Positions 45,197 through 61,117 of a DNA stretch of 64,000 nucleotides are shown one piece after another. Positions within the stretch are counted from its first letter, which is position 1. Each line of letters begins with the position of its first letter. Location of the stretch: positions 40,114,001 to 40,178,000 of the forward strand of contig OX597824.1 in the NCBI GenBank assembly GCA_951406725.2, written 5' to 3'. This stretch comes from Octopus vulgaris. Its lineage: Eukaryota. The position numbers and the translations under genes are program-made. The notes beneath the pieces are model-generated. The model saw only the letters and a list, made by a program, of their open reading frames with translations, was not told the origin of the DNA and did no database searches.

Positions 45197-45493
45197 CGGT
45201 TTTTTGTTTTGTTTTTCGTTTGCTTGTTTTTTTTTGGGGGGGGGTCTCTTTTTACAAAAACAGCAAATATTCTTGACAAGAGGAGAGTCAAAATCAAATA
45301 GCATTTTTTTTTATACGATGCGGAAGCGGTAACCGATTTCTTTGGAACTCTAGCGTACTGTCTGTCGTATTCAGAGTTTTCTTCTCCTGTTTTAACACAT
45401 CCAAATGAATTGTAAAGGTAGCATTGTAAAGAAAACTAGTCATCTACTGCCTGAAGCCAACAGAACGGAACGGAAACGAACAGAGAAAGAAAA

Positions 45494-45528
<35 letters not shown>

Positions 45529-45959
45529 AAGTATCATTCAGTCAGACAGGAGACAAAATCTGTTTGGAAAACACGGCTTCCTGAAAGCTTAGCACAAAGA
45601 AGGACCGATTCCTGACTGGGAGTTGAAATGAAAAAGTAGAGAATTATCAATTTTGGTTGAAATACTCAAGAAAACACCTTCAACAAATTGCCTTTCTCGT
45701 TTAGCCAATTCACATTTACTAAACGTGTATTAGATGTACTTTTATTTGTCGCTGAATTACAAAACCAATTGTAATACTATTAATAATAAAGATGATGATT
45801 ATGATAACGATGACGGTGGTAGTAGTGATGGAGATGGAGATGATGATGATAATTATTATTATCATTATTGATTTGTCTCAGGTTCAGTCTTATTCTTGGT
45901 GGGATTTTTGTGGCTAATGGTTTACTACCTTCGGTATCCACAAACTTTCAATAATCTTT

Positions 45960-46112
45960 CAAGTGCTTAAAACCCTCCTGATAATCTTTCCTGACCCTAA
46001 GAGACAAGCTTTCTATAGAAGATCTGTAGGACATTCTATTCCAATCTCCCTCAACTATTTGTCTATATCTTTGCTTAGAGTTTCCAGTGCACCAATTATT
46101 ATAGGTACAACC
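45960..46112 (-). pseudogene. R4/Dong-like LINE extreme C-terminus
   Basis: VVPIIIGALETLSKDIDK*LREIGIECPTDLL*KACLLGSGKIIRRVLST*. Confidence 0.82.
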
Positions 46113-46159
46113 ATAACATTTTTCATCATTATTTCATTATTATACGGTTTTCATTATTA

Positions 46160-46316
46160 TTTCTTTCTTTATTGTCCACGGGGGGCTAAACATAGAGGGG
46201 ACAAACAAGGACAGACAAGGGGATTAAGTCGATTATATCGACCCCAGGGATTTACTGGTACTTATTTAATCGACCCCGAAAGGATGAAAGGCAAAGTCGA
46301 CCTAGGCGGAATTTGA

Positions 46317-46320
<4 letters not shown>
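46160..46320 (-). mobile_element. SINE family A, 5'-truncated
   Basis: Central block plus tail 1. Confidence 0.85.
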
Positions 46321-46374
<54 letters not shown>

Positions 46375-46397
46375 ATCATCATCAGCATCAGCATCAG

Positions 46398-46505
<108 letters not shown>

Positions 46506-46793
46506 CATTATTATCATCATCATCATCATCATCATTATTGGGTGAAACTCCCAACTGTCTGAAAGGTATCGACTTCATTTCCCTGATTTTCCAGTGTGGA
46601 CAAGGGCAATCACACTGGGTCATCCGGATCGTATTTAGATAGAGTATTTGTTAGGTCAGCAGAGAGGGATAGCGTAGGTTGATAACACTTCAAATTATAG
46701 TTATTCCAAACATGAACAAAGAGAAAACACAAAAACACGAGGACGTGGAACAAGTATAGTGTTATTGGACGCTCAGGAAAGGAAAGAAAGAAG

Positions 46794-46828
46794 ATTTAAC
46801 GTTTCGAGCGGAGCTCTTCGTCAGAAAC
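46794..46828 (-). ncRNA. Minimal hammerhead motif within a small repeat (46715-46897)
   Basis: GUUU-CUGACGA-A-GAGC-UCC-GCUC-GAAAC-GUU-AAAU. A sister copy at 20962-21036 stops just before the core. Confidence 0.68.
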
Positions 46829-46930
46829 ATAGAAAAAGGAAAGGTTCAAGGAAGGGAAGACGAAGAAAGAAAATCGCCAACGATACACACGCGGTCACAC
46901 ACACGCACACACACACACACACGCACACAC

Positions 46931-46983
<53 letters not shown>

Positions 46984-47171
46984 CGGAAAATGTTTACTAA
47001 CAAACCGAATCTTCCAAGTAACTGTCAATCTTTTCCTTGTAAAATCTTAATAGATGTGTATTCAACTAAAAAGTATGAAGTCTTTTTCACTGTAATGTTA
47101 AATTGTTGCTATATATAACTTCACATAGAAAGAAATATTATACACATATGTATATATATATATATACTCGT

Positions 47172-47270
<99 letters not shown>

Positions 47271-48344
47271 TTGAATTATAGAAGAGATTTTGAGTGGCAG
47301 GTATTGTTGTATAAGGGCCTTTGTGTATATCGTAGTGAGTTACAATCCAATACACGTATCAATAAAAACACCCTTCTGCATTCAGTAAGTTTTGTAATAT
47401 TTGATCAGTACAATATTTTTGAATAAATTAGCTACGACCAGGGACTCTGACTTGGCTGTCAACATCAGTATCAATATATGCATATTCATCGACTGTGTCT
47501 TCTTGTATGGGTAAAAGTGAAGTAAATGGTCGATGTTGCATTTAATTTCTTGTTTTAGTCCCAGCGTTTTTGTTGCTAACGTTGTCGTTTCAGTCGTTGT
47601 TGCTAATGTTGTTTTGGCCGGGCCTTTATTGTTGCTAACGATGCTGTTTTAGTCGTCTTGTGACTGCAAATGTTGGTGTTGTTTTAGTCCCAAATTTGCT
47701 GCTAATTTTGTCGTTTTAGTCCAAGCGTTGCCGTTGCTAATATTGTCGTTGTTGGTTGTTGTTGTTGTTGCTTTACTGCAATGTGAGAAAGCGTTCCATT
47801 TGTGACCACCCTTTTTTTTCAGACAGTGCATTTTTAAGACTACGTTATTTCATACGTCCCTCCTTTTTGAGGCGGTGGAGTGCTATTTCAAGCAAGTCAA
47901 GCTACCAAGTAGTCATACGACAAATGAAAAGTTGGACGAGTACATTTTATTGTGAATAGTCACCTAAATATATATTTCTTTTAGATATATTAACTCTGAT
48001 ACATACGGAAGCCGTACATATGTGTATTATTTGTCTAGTTTTAAATAGTCAAAAAGCCATTATTGATAGATTTATTTTTTATTCGTACATTTACTGCCTA
48101 TATTATTAAACAATTGACGTCTATTAATCATATTCATTTCATTTAAAAATAGATATACAATGCTTGGATAGATTTTACTTCAGACCAGCTTCATTATAGC
48201 TACATTCACTTCTTGCATTGCATATACCAAACTTTAAATATTATTCATGATGTGGTAACTAAACCAAAATTTCTTCAGAGTAGGTTTAGCTTCACCTTTT
48301 AGCAAATCAATTATTTAAAATTGTGTTTCAAAAAGTAATTTTAC

Positions 48345-48866
<522 letters not shown>

Positions 48867-49229
48867 ATATGTTTTGAAAATCAAGTTGGTCGTGTCTGAA
48901 AGCAGTAAAATTCTTTGGGCATTATTTGCCATGTCATACAAGTTAGATGGAGAACCTGAAGCATGGTTCATCAGAAGCAATGATATATTTTCAAGCCTAG
49001 CAACTGAAACACGAGAGAAAACCTATCTTGAACATTGTTCTGTTGGTCTACCCCTTTATATATATATATATATATACACATAGTCGTATACATACATACA
49101 TACATACATACATACATACATACATACATGCATACATATATACACAGACAGACAGACAGACATTGAATTATAGAAGAGATTTTGAGTGGTAGGTATAGTT
49201 GTATAAGGGCCTTTTATACATATGTACAT

Positions 49230-49467
49230 TCTTTTATTCTTTTACACTTTTACTTGTTTCAGTCATTTGACTGTGGCTATGCTGGAGCACCACCTTAAAG
49301 GGTTTTACCCGAAGAAATCGACCCCGGGACTTATTCTTTGTAGTACTTATTCTATCGGACCCTTTGCCTAACCTCTAGGTCACGGGGACATACACGGGGA
49401 CATAAACGCACCAGCATCGGTTGTCAAGTGATGTTGGGATCAGACGCAGACACACACAAATATATAC

Positions 49468-49517
<50 letters not shown>

Positions 49518-49680
49518 GACAGGCTTCTTTCAGTTTCCGTCTACCAAATCCACTCACAAGGCTTTGATCGGCCCGAAGCTATAGTAAAAGACAGTTGCCG
49601 AGGGGGCCACGCAGTGGGACTAAACCCAGAACCATGTGTTTGGGAATCAAGCGTCTTACCACACAGTGACGCCTGTGCCT
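49230..49680 (-). mobile_element. SINE family B, head-to-head with a family C fragment
   Basis: Full colinear match to family B. Confidence 0.85.
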
Positions 49681-50103
49681 GAGGACGCATGGCCAAGTGG
49701 TTAGGGTGTTACACTCACGATCTCAAGATTGTGGTTTCAATTCCTAGACCGGGCAGTGCGCTACGTTCTTGAGCAAAACACTTTATCTCACGTTGCTCTG
49801 CGATCACTTCGACACCTAATGTGTGGTTAACTGTGAACATTTTCAAGCAATGTAGATTTGATGGAGAGAGAGAGAGAGTGCGCTAATGCGCGACACATAT
49901 ATTTGATCACTATAAAGAAATCTTTTGTGCAGATCGTTCGGCAAAAGCTGAACACCCATACGTTGTCTTCGACGGAAAAGTCCATCATACACACACACAC
50001 ACACACACACAAACATGCATACATACATACATACATACATACATACATACATACATACATACATACATACATACATACACATACATACATACATACATAT
50101 ATA

Positions 50104-50614
50104 GGCACAGAAGTGGCTGTGTGGTAAGAAGCTTGCTTACGAACCTCATGGTTCCGGGTTCAGTCCCACTGTGTGGCACCTTGGGCAAGTGTCTTCTGCT
50201 AGAGCCTCGGGCCGACCAAAGCCTTGAGAGTGGATTTATTGGACGGAAACTGAAAGAAGCCCGTCGTACATATATATATATATATAAACGAGAAAGAAGC
50301 AACAAGAATGGATTGGTTTTTAGTACAATTGTTTCATACAAAGACAGGCTTTATTACAAGTTGCAAAAATTGTAGCAGATAAAAGTGTCCCGTACTCATC
50401 AGCTAAAATACATTTGAGTTCTCTAGACATCTTAGTGGGTGAGGTTATACTTATGAAATATTGGAGATAGTTCCATTAGAGGCAGATATAGGTTGTAAAC
50501 AGTTTTCCAGAGTTCCTTAATGATGATGCACAGTCTTATCACAGATTTTAAAAAACTTATTAGTTTCGAAGAGAAGATGAGTAAATTCATTGGAAGTTAC
50601 TTGAATCTTAATTG

Positions 50615-50700
<86 letters not shown>

Positions 50701-50920
50701 TGTGTGTGTATGTGTCTGTGTTTGGCCCCCTCCCCCAACATCGCTTGACAACCGATGCTGGTGTGTTTACGTCCTCGTAACTTAGTGGTTCGGCAAAAGA
50801 GACCGATAGAATAAGTGCTAGGCTTAGAAAGAATAAGTCCCGGGGTCGATTTGCTCGACTTAACATGGTGCTCCAGCATGGGTGCAGTCAAACGACTGAA
50901 ACAAGTAAAATAGTAAAAGA
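50104..50920 (+). mobile_element. SINE family B interrupted in its (TA)n by a ~330-bp insert (50286-50618)
   Basis: The 5' half ends GCCCGTCGTACATATA and the 3' half resumes near 50700. Confidence 0.85.
50318..50408 (-). ncRNA. Well-preserved type-I hammerhead motif
   Basis: UUUUAG-CUGAUGA-GUAC...GUAU-GAAA-CAAUUG-UA-CUAAAA: 6-bp stem I, palindromic ACAAUUGU, GUA triplet. Confidence 0.75.
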
Positions 50921-51162
50921 GTATACACGTACTCACTCTTTCACATTTATTTGAACATATAAACATACGTATGTGTGTGTGTGTATGAATGAATTAATGA
51001 ATGAATGCATGTGCTAACGTGAATGCGCGAGTGTTTGTGAGCGTCTGTGTGCTTGTGTGTATGTGTATGTGTGAATGTGACTGTACCTGAATGTTATTTT
51101 TTTAAAATTTTATTATCATTTCAAACAGGCAACATACAAGCTATAAAATTAACTGTTAAATG

Positions 51163-51535
51163 TGGAGGCACTCCGTCGGTTACGACGAAGAGGGTTCCGG
51201 TTGATCCGACCGACGGAACAGCCTGCTCGTGAAATTAAAGTGTAAGTGGTTGAGCACTCCACAGACACGTGTACCCTTAACGTAGTTCTCGGGGATATTC
51301 AGCGTGACACAGAGAGTGACAAGGCCGGCCCTTTGAAATACAGGTACAGGAAGAAAGAGTGAGAGAAAGTTGTGGTGAAAGAGTACAGCAGGGATCACCA
51401 CCATCCCCTGCCGGAGCCTCGTGGAGCTTTAGGTGTTTTCGCTCAATAAACACTCACAACGCCCGGTCTGGGAATCGAAACCGCGAATCTACAACCGCGA
51501 GTCCGCTGCCCTAACCACTGGGCCATTGCGCCTCC
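51163..51535 (-). mobile_element. tRNA-derived SINE family D, full length
   Basis: Head GGAGGCGCAATGGCCCAGTGGTTAGGG..GTTTCGATTCCC. It is flanked on both sides by TAACTGTTAAAT (target duplication). Related copies lie at 57617-57915 and 59800-60030. Confidence 0.88.
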
Positions 51536-51589
51536 TAACTGTTAAATATACATATGCCTACGAGTGTATATTTACGTGTTTGTACCTTA

Positions 51590-51832
51590 TTTTTTACTTG
51601 TTTCACTCATTAGGTTGTAGCCATGCTGGAGCATTAACTTAGAGGGTTTAGTCGAACAAATCGACCACAGTACATCTTTATATTAAGCCTGTTGTTTATT
51701 CTATCGGCCTCTTTGCCTGAACTGCTGAAGTTTAGGAGGTCGTTAACAAACCAGCACCGGTTGTTAAGTGGTGGTAGTGGACAAACACAAATGCAAAGTT
51801 ACGCCACACACACACACACATACACACACACA

Positions 51833-51878
<46 letters not shown>

Positions 51879-51887
51879 AGCACACAT

Positions 51888-51930
<43 letters not shown>

Positions 51931-52370
51931 TATAGACAGAAATAATTTTACCTTTTCGATTACGGTTTCGATTCCGCAGGCGTGGCTGTGTAGTAAGAAG
52001 CTTGAATCCCAGCCACTTGGTTCCAGGTTCAGTTCCACTGCGGGGTACCTTGGGCAAGTGTCTTCTACCAGTCTCGAGCCGATCAAAGCTTTATTAGCGG
52101 ATTTGGTAGACGGAAACTGAAAGAAGCCTGTAGTGCATATATATATATATATGGGTGTGCGCATGTGTGCATGTGTGTGTGTGTGTTCATGTGTGTCTTT
52201 GTGTCTCTGCTTGTCCCTCCTACTACCACCACCGTCGCTTGACAACCGATGTTAGTGTGTTTACGTCCCCGTAGAATAAGTACCAGGCTTACAAAGAATG
52301 AGTCCTGGGGTCGATTTATACGACTAGAAGTCTATGCTCCAGCGTGACCGCAGTCAAATGGCTGAAACAA

Positions 52371-52404
<34 letters not shown>

Positions 52405-52532
52405 CTATGGACTTCTTTCAGTTTTGTTGTCACTAACAAAGCTTTAGTCGGCCCGGGGCATTTTTCCAAGGTGCCACGCATTGGGACTGAATCATATGGT
52501 TGGGAAGCAAGCTTCTTAACACACAGCCACAC
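51590..52532. mobile_element. Cluster of three SINE family B pieces (minus, plus, minus)
   Basis: 51976-52372 is near-complete on the plus strand, with fragments on either side. Confidence 0.8.
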
Positions 52533-52749
52533 AAGCACCTATGTATATTTATGTAGAAATATACATGTATGTATAAATCAATGTTCGTTGTATATTTATA
52601 TGCCTGTTAATGTGTTCGAGTGTGGTGGATTGCCTATCCGACACAATATAAAACAGATTTATATTAATGGATGCAGGTGAAAAAAGAAAAAAGAAAAATG
52701 ATACGTGAAAAATTAGCCTGTTGAAAAAAATACCTGTGTGATAATGGCA

Positions 52750-52780
<31 letters not shown>

Positions 52781-53121
52781 CAGCGGGGCCGATTGTAGTG
52801 GTGATGGTGGGTGGCTAAGACAGATGTGACGGCGATACTGAGGTGAAAAGAATCAGGAAGAAGGTGATGGTGGTGGTGGTGGTGGTTGTCATTCATGACG
52901 TGGCAGCGGCGGCGCTGGTGGTCGGGTGGGGGCAGTGAACGACGGCAGGGGCGGTGGCGGAGGCGATAGCGATGGTGGTGAACGATGTCAGTAGTGGGGA
53001 TGGTGATGATAACAGAGACACTAATAAATGTGGCGACGATAGCTGTGATGATTATGATATAATGATGATGATGATGATGATGATGATCATCATCATCATC
53101 ATCACCATCATCTTCATTATT

Positions 53122-53155
<34 letters not shown>

Positions 53156-53619
53156 ATATTAATTTCTCACATACACAGTAGATGACAAATTTTGTGAGGC
53201 GAAGGACCGAGGATACAATTGATTTAATCTCCTCTCGGTACTTTATTGTTTCCTCACTTGTATCGACCCATGGTGGAAGACTATCAACAACGACTTTAAC
53301 ATGATTTGAACCCAGTGTTTAAAGGTATGCAACGAAATACCTTAAAGCATTTTCACTCACCGCTTCACCCTTCTTTCCATCTGCCATCCTTCACCAGCGA
53401 AACAATTTCATGTGCTTGTTCGCTTATGCTAGAAATAGCTACCAAATCTTTCCCAAATTACTCTGTCACATCTTAATAGGACACAATATGGAAAGTATAC
53501 ATTCACTATTCTAAATATAGTCTTACACATAATCTAAGAAGACGTGAGGGTCATGGTTGGATCATAAGTCTACTCGAACAGGGTTTCATCAGAGACTACA
53601 CCACAACAATTTAATGATA

Positions 53620-54655
<1,036 letters not shown>

Positions 54656-55032
54656 TGGGATGTGCCCAAGCGATTCAGTTTTTTTTTTTAATCACTTTCA
54701 TTTAACATCAACAGCATAATTACCATTATCATCCTTGTTGTCATCATTATCATCATCATCGTCGTCGTCGTCCTCATCATCTTCGTCATCCTCATTATCA
54801 TCATCATCATCTTCATGATGATCATCAAGATCAATATCAACAACCACAACATGAAGATAACTACAACGACAACAAGAATATAACATCAACAACAACAACA
54901 ACAACAAAAATAACAAAAAAGCATCGACGACCACGGGGCGGCGGCGGCGACGACGATGTTTGCCGGAACGGTGATGACAAGGGGAAAGAGTATGGATTAG
55001 GCACTGGGCAGAGGAAAGGAAATACAGAACGT

Positions 55033-55215
55033 GGGGCGGGAGGAGAAGGAGGAGGCTGAAGAAAGGAGGGGAGGAGGAGAGAGGCGTTATAGTTTAGACA
55101 CGTCGAAAATGTGGGCGCGTAGATCGATAAGTGAGGCGGTATAGACCTGCCTTAGTTTTCTTAAGCACTACTATATATAAGAGACCAACGAGCAGTGTTT
55201 TTAGAGCGACTCACC
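55033..55215 (+). promoter_or_regulatory. Candidate Pol II core promoter
   Basis: GC box GGGGCGGG (55033), a purine-rich and CpG-rich stretch, TATATATAAGAG at 55172-55183 in non-microsatellite context, and Inr-like CTCACC near 55210. Confidence 0.5.
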
Positions 55216-55325
55216 GTTAACAGCAATACTAACTTACATTATTCTACATAACACAACACAGAAAAATAACACACACAGGGAAAACAAAATACGAGAAAGA
55301 AAATTAACAAAACAAGCTATAACTT

Positions 55326-55360
<35 letters not shown>

Positions 55361-55576
55361 AATATTTATATATAAATATTAAGAAAGTAAATAAGAGAAA
55401 GGAAGAAAAGTACCCCTTTAAACTGTTGCATCCGTCGTCACCAACGTCTAGAAGTCGAAGCAGAAGTAGAAGAGAAAGAAGAAACAGAGAGAGAGAGAAA
55501 AAGAGGCACAGGCAGTGTTAGTCCGTGATCCTGAAAAACTAATATCACATCATAGCGTGTTGACATTTGCTGTGAG
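55205..55576 (+). other. Candidate non-coding first exon (5' UTR)
   Basis: An A-rich leader ends in a consensus donor GAG|GTAAGC at 55577, followed by T-rich intron-like sequence. Confidence 0.45.
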
Positions 55577-55944
55577 GTAAGCGATTATTTCTTAACAATA
55601 TTTTGTATTTTTTCTTTTTTTTCTGTTTTCGCTCTCCCTGGGATTGCAAGGAGGGGATTGTGGTGCTGCCGTGATAAGGCCCAATAGTTTTGTCCAGTTT
55701 ATTTTCATCTGTTTTCGTCATATTTCCTTCCTGGTGGTTTGTTTTGTCGATTTATTTACATTTCCTTATGTTTGTGTTATACGATGATATGTTGATTCGA
55801 TATATATATATATAAGCGTGTCAGGATTCGTAGGCGCCAATATTACACGCGTGCGCAAACACACATACGCATACACACATACACACATTCACACATACAT
55901 GAACATGCATATATACATACATATATATACGTGTGTGTGTATAC

Positions 55945-55979
<35 letters not shown>

Positions 55980-56207
55980 ATACATACGCATGAACGAATA
56001 TATATATATATGCATAGATATGCAAGCATGTATATGGTACATATGTATGTATATATATATATATATATATACATATGTGTGTGTGTGTGTGTGTGCGTGT
56101 GTGTGTGTGTGTGAGTGTGTATGTACGTGTAATCATTGTTATATATATATATATATATATATATATAAGACTGCGTGTGTGCTTGTGCGTAAATGTATAT
56201 ATGTGGG

Positions 56208-56239
<32 letters not shown>

Positions 56240-56245
56240 TATACA

Positions 56246-56277
<32 letters not shown>

Positions 56278-57421
56278 ATAAATATATGCACTTTGTGTAT
56301 ATGTGTATATATATATATATTAGTATATATATATGTATGTGTGTGAGTAGATATACATGTGCATATATTTGTATACATTTATATGCGTTTGTACACGCAC
56401 TTGTGTACGCACATCACACGCGCAAACACATATATGTGAAGCACTGGATTTGTGGATAGAAAATCTGCGATATTTTTCCTACTAGGAATTCAAATCCAGT
56501 GGAAGTCAAGTTCGTATTTCACCCTTTCGAGGTCTATAAATAAAGCAGCCAACCATGGCAAAATATTGCTACAATTATTAGAGTTTTTTTTCTTTTTTTT
56601 TTGCACTTTGTGTCTGAGTTCAAATAACGATGTGACACCTAAAAGCCCCATCCGTCAGCATGGGGGCTGTGCACAGCGAATACTCGTAACAAATAACCAT
56701 AGGAGAAAATATTCTTTATAGTCGCAGCACCAAAATAAATGACACAGGGCGGAGTCGAAAGTTTCTTCTAGTTGGAATGCCATGTAACGCCCTGCTGACT
56801 ATAAAATGTGTGTGTGGGCATGTATGTGTGTATGTGTGTGTGTGTGTGCGCGCGCGTTTACATATCTACATTCGTATAACATCGTCCGTTTTTCCGTCCT
56901 TGTTTCGTATACATTCGAAGCTTTTTTCCAAGGAATCTAATGCTCTTAGCTTAGTTTTTCCTTGGGGATGGCTAGATTGGAGCAATCAGAGGTCAAGATT
57001 AATCAGCCGAAATTGCGAGGATGATCCGTTTCTTGACTGAAGATTAAAGGCTTCGAATGACCCGTCCGTGTTTTTGTATCGTCTTCTGGATGTTTTACGC
57101 TCTTGTCCCATTTTATATTTATATCTCTATGAGATATTTATAAATATTAAATTTCTAAATATCTCATATAGATATGTACGGTGGTGGGGCGATAGAATGG
57201 TTGTATACTGTCAATTTAACGTGAAAGCAGGGGATTACACCACCGCTGTTTAGCCCTAGGAAGCATCGACGCCTCATGCTGCAATGGCGACGAAAAACAC
57301 AACACAAATACGAGGTAAAAAGTATACACACAGCTAGTATTAATTAGATTGATGCTAAGGAAATTATCTTTAACGTTTCGAATACACATATTTTTTTGGA
57401 AAATAGGAATAATTGTTGTGA

Positions 57422-57915
57422 CCCCCTTCGGTCATGAATGATCATGGGATTGCACCTAGAAAGTTGCCCTCCCAGGCACAAGTCTGGGCAAGGTTGTTTA
57501 TGGAAAACCAACAGTCGCCCATGCATACTGGCCTCCCCTCACCTCGCCACCGATGTTATCCAAGGGAAAGGCAAAGGCCGATACAGCTTGGCACCAGTGA
57601 CGTCACAGCTCATTTATTAACGTGCAAGTGGCAGAGCACTCCACAAACACGTGTACCCTAAACGTAGTTCTCGGGGAGATTCAGCGTGACACAGAGTGTG
57701 ACAAGGTTGGCCCTTTGAAATAGAGGTACAACAGAAACAGGAAGAAAGAGTGAGAGAAAGTTGTGGTGAAAGAGTACAGCAGGGTTCACCACCACCCACT
57801 GCCGGAGCCTCGTGAAGCTTTTTGGTGTTTCCGCTCAATAAACACTCACAATGCCTGGTCTGGGAATCGAAACCTCGATCCTACGACCGCGAGTCCACAG
57901 GCCATTGCGCCTCCA
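57422..57915 (-). mobile_element. SINE D 5' part joined to SINE C 3' part
   Basis: 57617-57915 matches family D and 57422-57613 matches family C. Confidence 0.8.
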
Positions 57916-57940
57916 CTAGGATAAATATATATATATATTC

Positions 57941-57971
<31 letters not shown>

Positions 57972-57973
57972 TG

Positions 57974-58027
<54 letters not shown>

Positions 58028-58699
58028 CATATATACATACATACATACATACATACATACATACATACATACATACATACATACATACATACATACATAC
58101 ATACATACATACATACATACATACATACATACATACATACAAAGAAAAAGACCAAGAGAAACTGATGCTGATTCACCAAATCCAATCTATTAATGGCACA
58201 GTGGTGATTTGTTAGAGATTCCAAAGATTCTCCATGTGAGATTCTTATGTGAATAGATGCACACACTTGGGTATATGCATCAACAGTTGAACCAATACAC
58301 CAACTTGCCCACACATTTATAAACACCGGGAACTCTCTTAACTCCAAACGTTGTTTGTTAGTGATCGGCTTGAACTCTCTAAAGCACTCAAATTCAAAGA
58401 AAAAACATACATACATACATACATACATACATACATACATACATACATACATACATACATACATACATACATGCATGCATACATACATACATACATACAT
58501 ACATACATACATACATACATACATACATACATACATACATACATACATACATACTTGCAAACATGCGTGCATACATACCGAAAAGATAAAGGAGAGGCGA
58601 CTGAATATCAAAGACTAAAGGAAAATAGGATGATGGTGGTACGTTTCAGAGAGTTCAAAGAAAGAAGCTTAGAATAAAAGGGCTTATGACTAACTGGGA

Positions 58700-58968
58700 G
58701 GGAAATGAGTCACACGTTTGAACGTCTTGAGAGAAGGTATTATACCCAGAAGGTTCATTAGAGTAATGACCGTCGAAATATTTATTGTGAAAGACCAGTG
58801 AAGATGCATTTCAACAATGAGCGAAAGATTGCAACCTCTTCAAAAGAAGAGGACAAAGCTTGCTATCAACTCGATCCCGAATTCATTCACTCAAGTTAAG
58901 ACACTCAGAGAAGATACCAGCCAAAAGGTGACAGCAATATTCAATGCAGGGTCGAATGGTGGCCTTAT
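58700..58968 (-). pseudogene. Jockey/CR1-group LINE RT C-terminal relic
   Basis: [18 protein letters not shown] resembles the LYKxxIRPxxEYCxxxW thumb motif. Confidence 0.65.
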
Positions 58969-59001
58969 ATATATATATATATATATAAATATATATATAT
59001 A

Positions 59002-59061
<60 letters not shown>

Positions 59062-59101
59062 TATGTATGTATATATATATATACATATGTATGCATATGT
59101 A

Positions 59102-59138
<37 letters not shown>

Positions 59139-59302
59139 GTATGCATATGTATATATGTATATATATACATATATGTACATATATACATGTATATATATAT
59201 ATGTATATATATGTGTATACATATATATATATATACATACATATATATATATATACATATATATACTTGTATATATATATAATACTAGGGAGTATAACTG
59301 CG

Positions 59303-59359
<57 letters not shown>

Positions 59360-59362
59360 CTG

Positions 59363-59758
59363 CAGACATGGCTATGTGGTAAGTAGCTTGCTTACCAACC
59401 ACATGGTTCTGGGTTCCGTCGCATTGCGTGACACCTTGGACCAGTGTCTTCTACTATAACCTCGGGCCGACCAAAGCCTTGTGAGTGGATTTGGTAGGCG
59501 GAAACTGAAAGAAGCCCGTCGTATATGTGTGTGTGTGCGCGCGTTCGTGCGTGCGTATCTTTGCCCTCCACCATCATCGCTTGACAACCGACTTTGGTGT
59601 GTTTGCGTCCCCATAAACTAGCGGTTCGGCAAAAGGGACGGATAGGATAAGTACTAGACTCACAAAGAATGAGTCCTGGAGTCGATTTGTTCGACTAAAT
59701 GCAGTGCTCCAGCATGGTCGCAGTCAAATGACTGAAACAAATAAAAGAATAAAAGAAT
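59363..59758 (+). mobile_element. SINE family B
   Basis: Full colinear match. Confidence 0.88.
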
Positions 59759-59763
59759 ATATG

Positions 59764-59797
<34 letters not shown>

Positions 59798-60057
59798 CAT
59801 GGCATAGTGGTTAAAGCAGCGGAGTCGCAGTCTAGGGATCGCGAGTTTGAATCTCAGACCAGGCGATGCGTGTGTTTATGAGCGAAACACCTAAGCTCCA
59901 CGCGACTCCGGAAGAAGGTAATGGTGAACTTCTGCTGCCCCTTTCGCCACAACTTTCTCTCACTATTTTCTCCTGCATCTTACAGCTCACCTGCGACATA
60001 CCGGCCCTTGAGCCAGGCGTGGCTCGAGCAGTAACAAACAACAACAACAATATATGT

Positions 60058-60093
<36 letters not shown>

Positions 60094-60119
60094 CATAGGT
60101 ATACATATATATACCTATA

Positions 60120-60178
<59 letters not shown>

Positions 60179-60254
60179 TATACATATATATATATACATA
60201 TAATACATATATATATATGTACAAACATAATCATATATATGTGATGTGCGTGTG

Positions 60255-60312
<58 letters not shown>

Positions 60313-60715
60313 TGCGTGTGTCAGAGAATGTACTGAGTCTGTGAATAAAGATAAAATATTCAGGGTTACCATATCTTTCATGCACGCTTACTGCACGGCT
60401 TTAATAACTATTTTCTATAACAAATCAACCTGTCAGGTGTCTAATTTGCAGCCAACGCTACGCTCGGTCTGAGTTTCACTTTTTCAGTTGACCCTTACCC
60501 TTAAGAATATGCGTTGGATTTAGGTTAGCGACTATTTCGCAGTTGGAACGACGAAAATTTTGACACCAAATAATAAATGTTTAAGTAATGCTAACAATTT
60601 TTGTGTTGTTTCCGGAAGGCTAAATTGTGCTTTTAGTTTCAACACGCGGTCTCAGATTAAGTCATTTGCCTGACAAGTGTACACTTTATTTCAAGTTTAG
60701 AATAATTAACGACTC

Positions 60716-61117
60716 AGGTATGGCTGGGTGGTAAGAAGCTTGCTTCCCAATCACATGGTTTCAGGTTCAGTCCCACTGCATGGCACCTAGGAAAAGTGAC
60801 TTTTAGTATAGCTTCGGACCGACCAAAACCTTGTGAGTGGATTTGGTAGACGGAAACCGAAAGAAGCCCGTCGCATATATGCATATATATATATATATAT
60901 ACATTTGTGTCTGTGTTTGTCCCCCACCAACGCTTGACAACCAATCTTGGTGTGCTTGCGTCCACGTAACTTAGCAGTTCGGCAAAGAGACCGATAGAAT
61001 AAGTACTAGACTTAAGGAATAAGTCCTGGGGTCGATTCGCTCGACTAAAACTCTTCAAGGCGGTGCTCCAGCACGGCCGCAGTCAAATGACTGAAACAAG
61101 TAAAAGAATAAAAGAAT
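60716..61117 (+). mobile_element. SINE family B
   Basis: Full colinear match with an (AAAAGAAT)2 tail. Confidence 0.88.

Noticed and set aside
60431-60675. Possible MITE bounded by TGTCAGG and CCTGACA
   Set aside because: Only a 7-bp inverted repeat and no target duplication.
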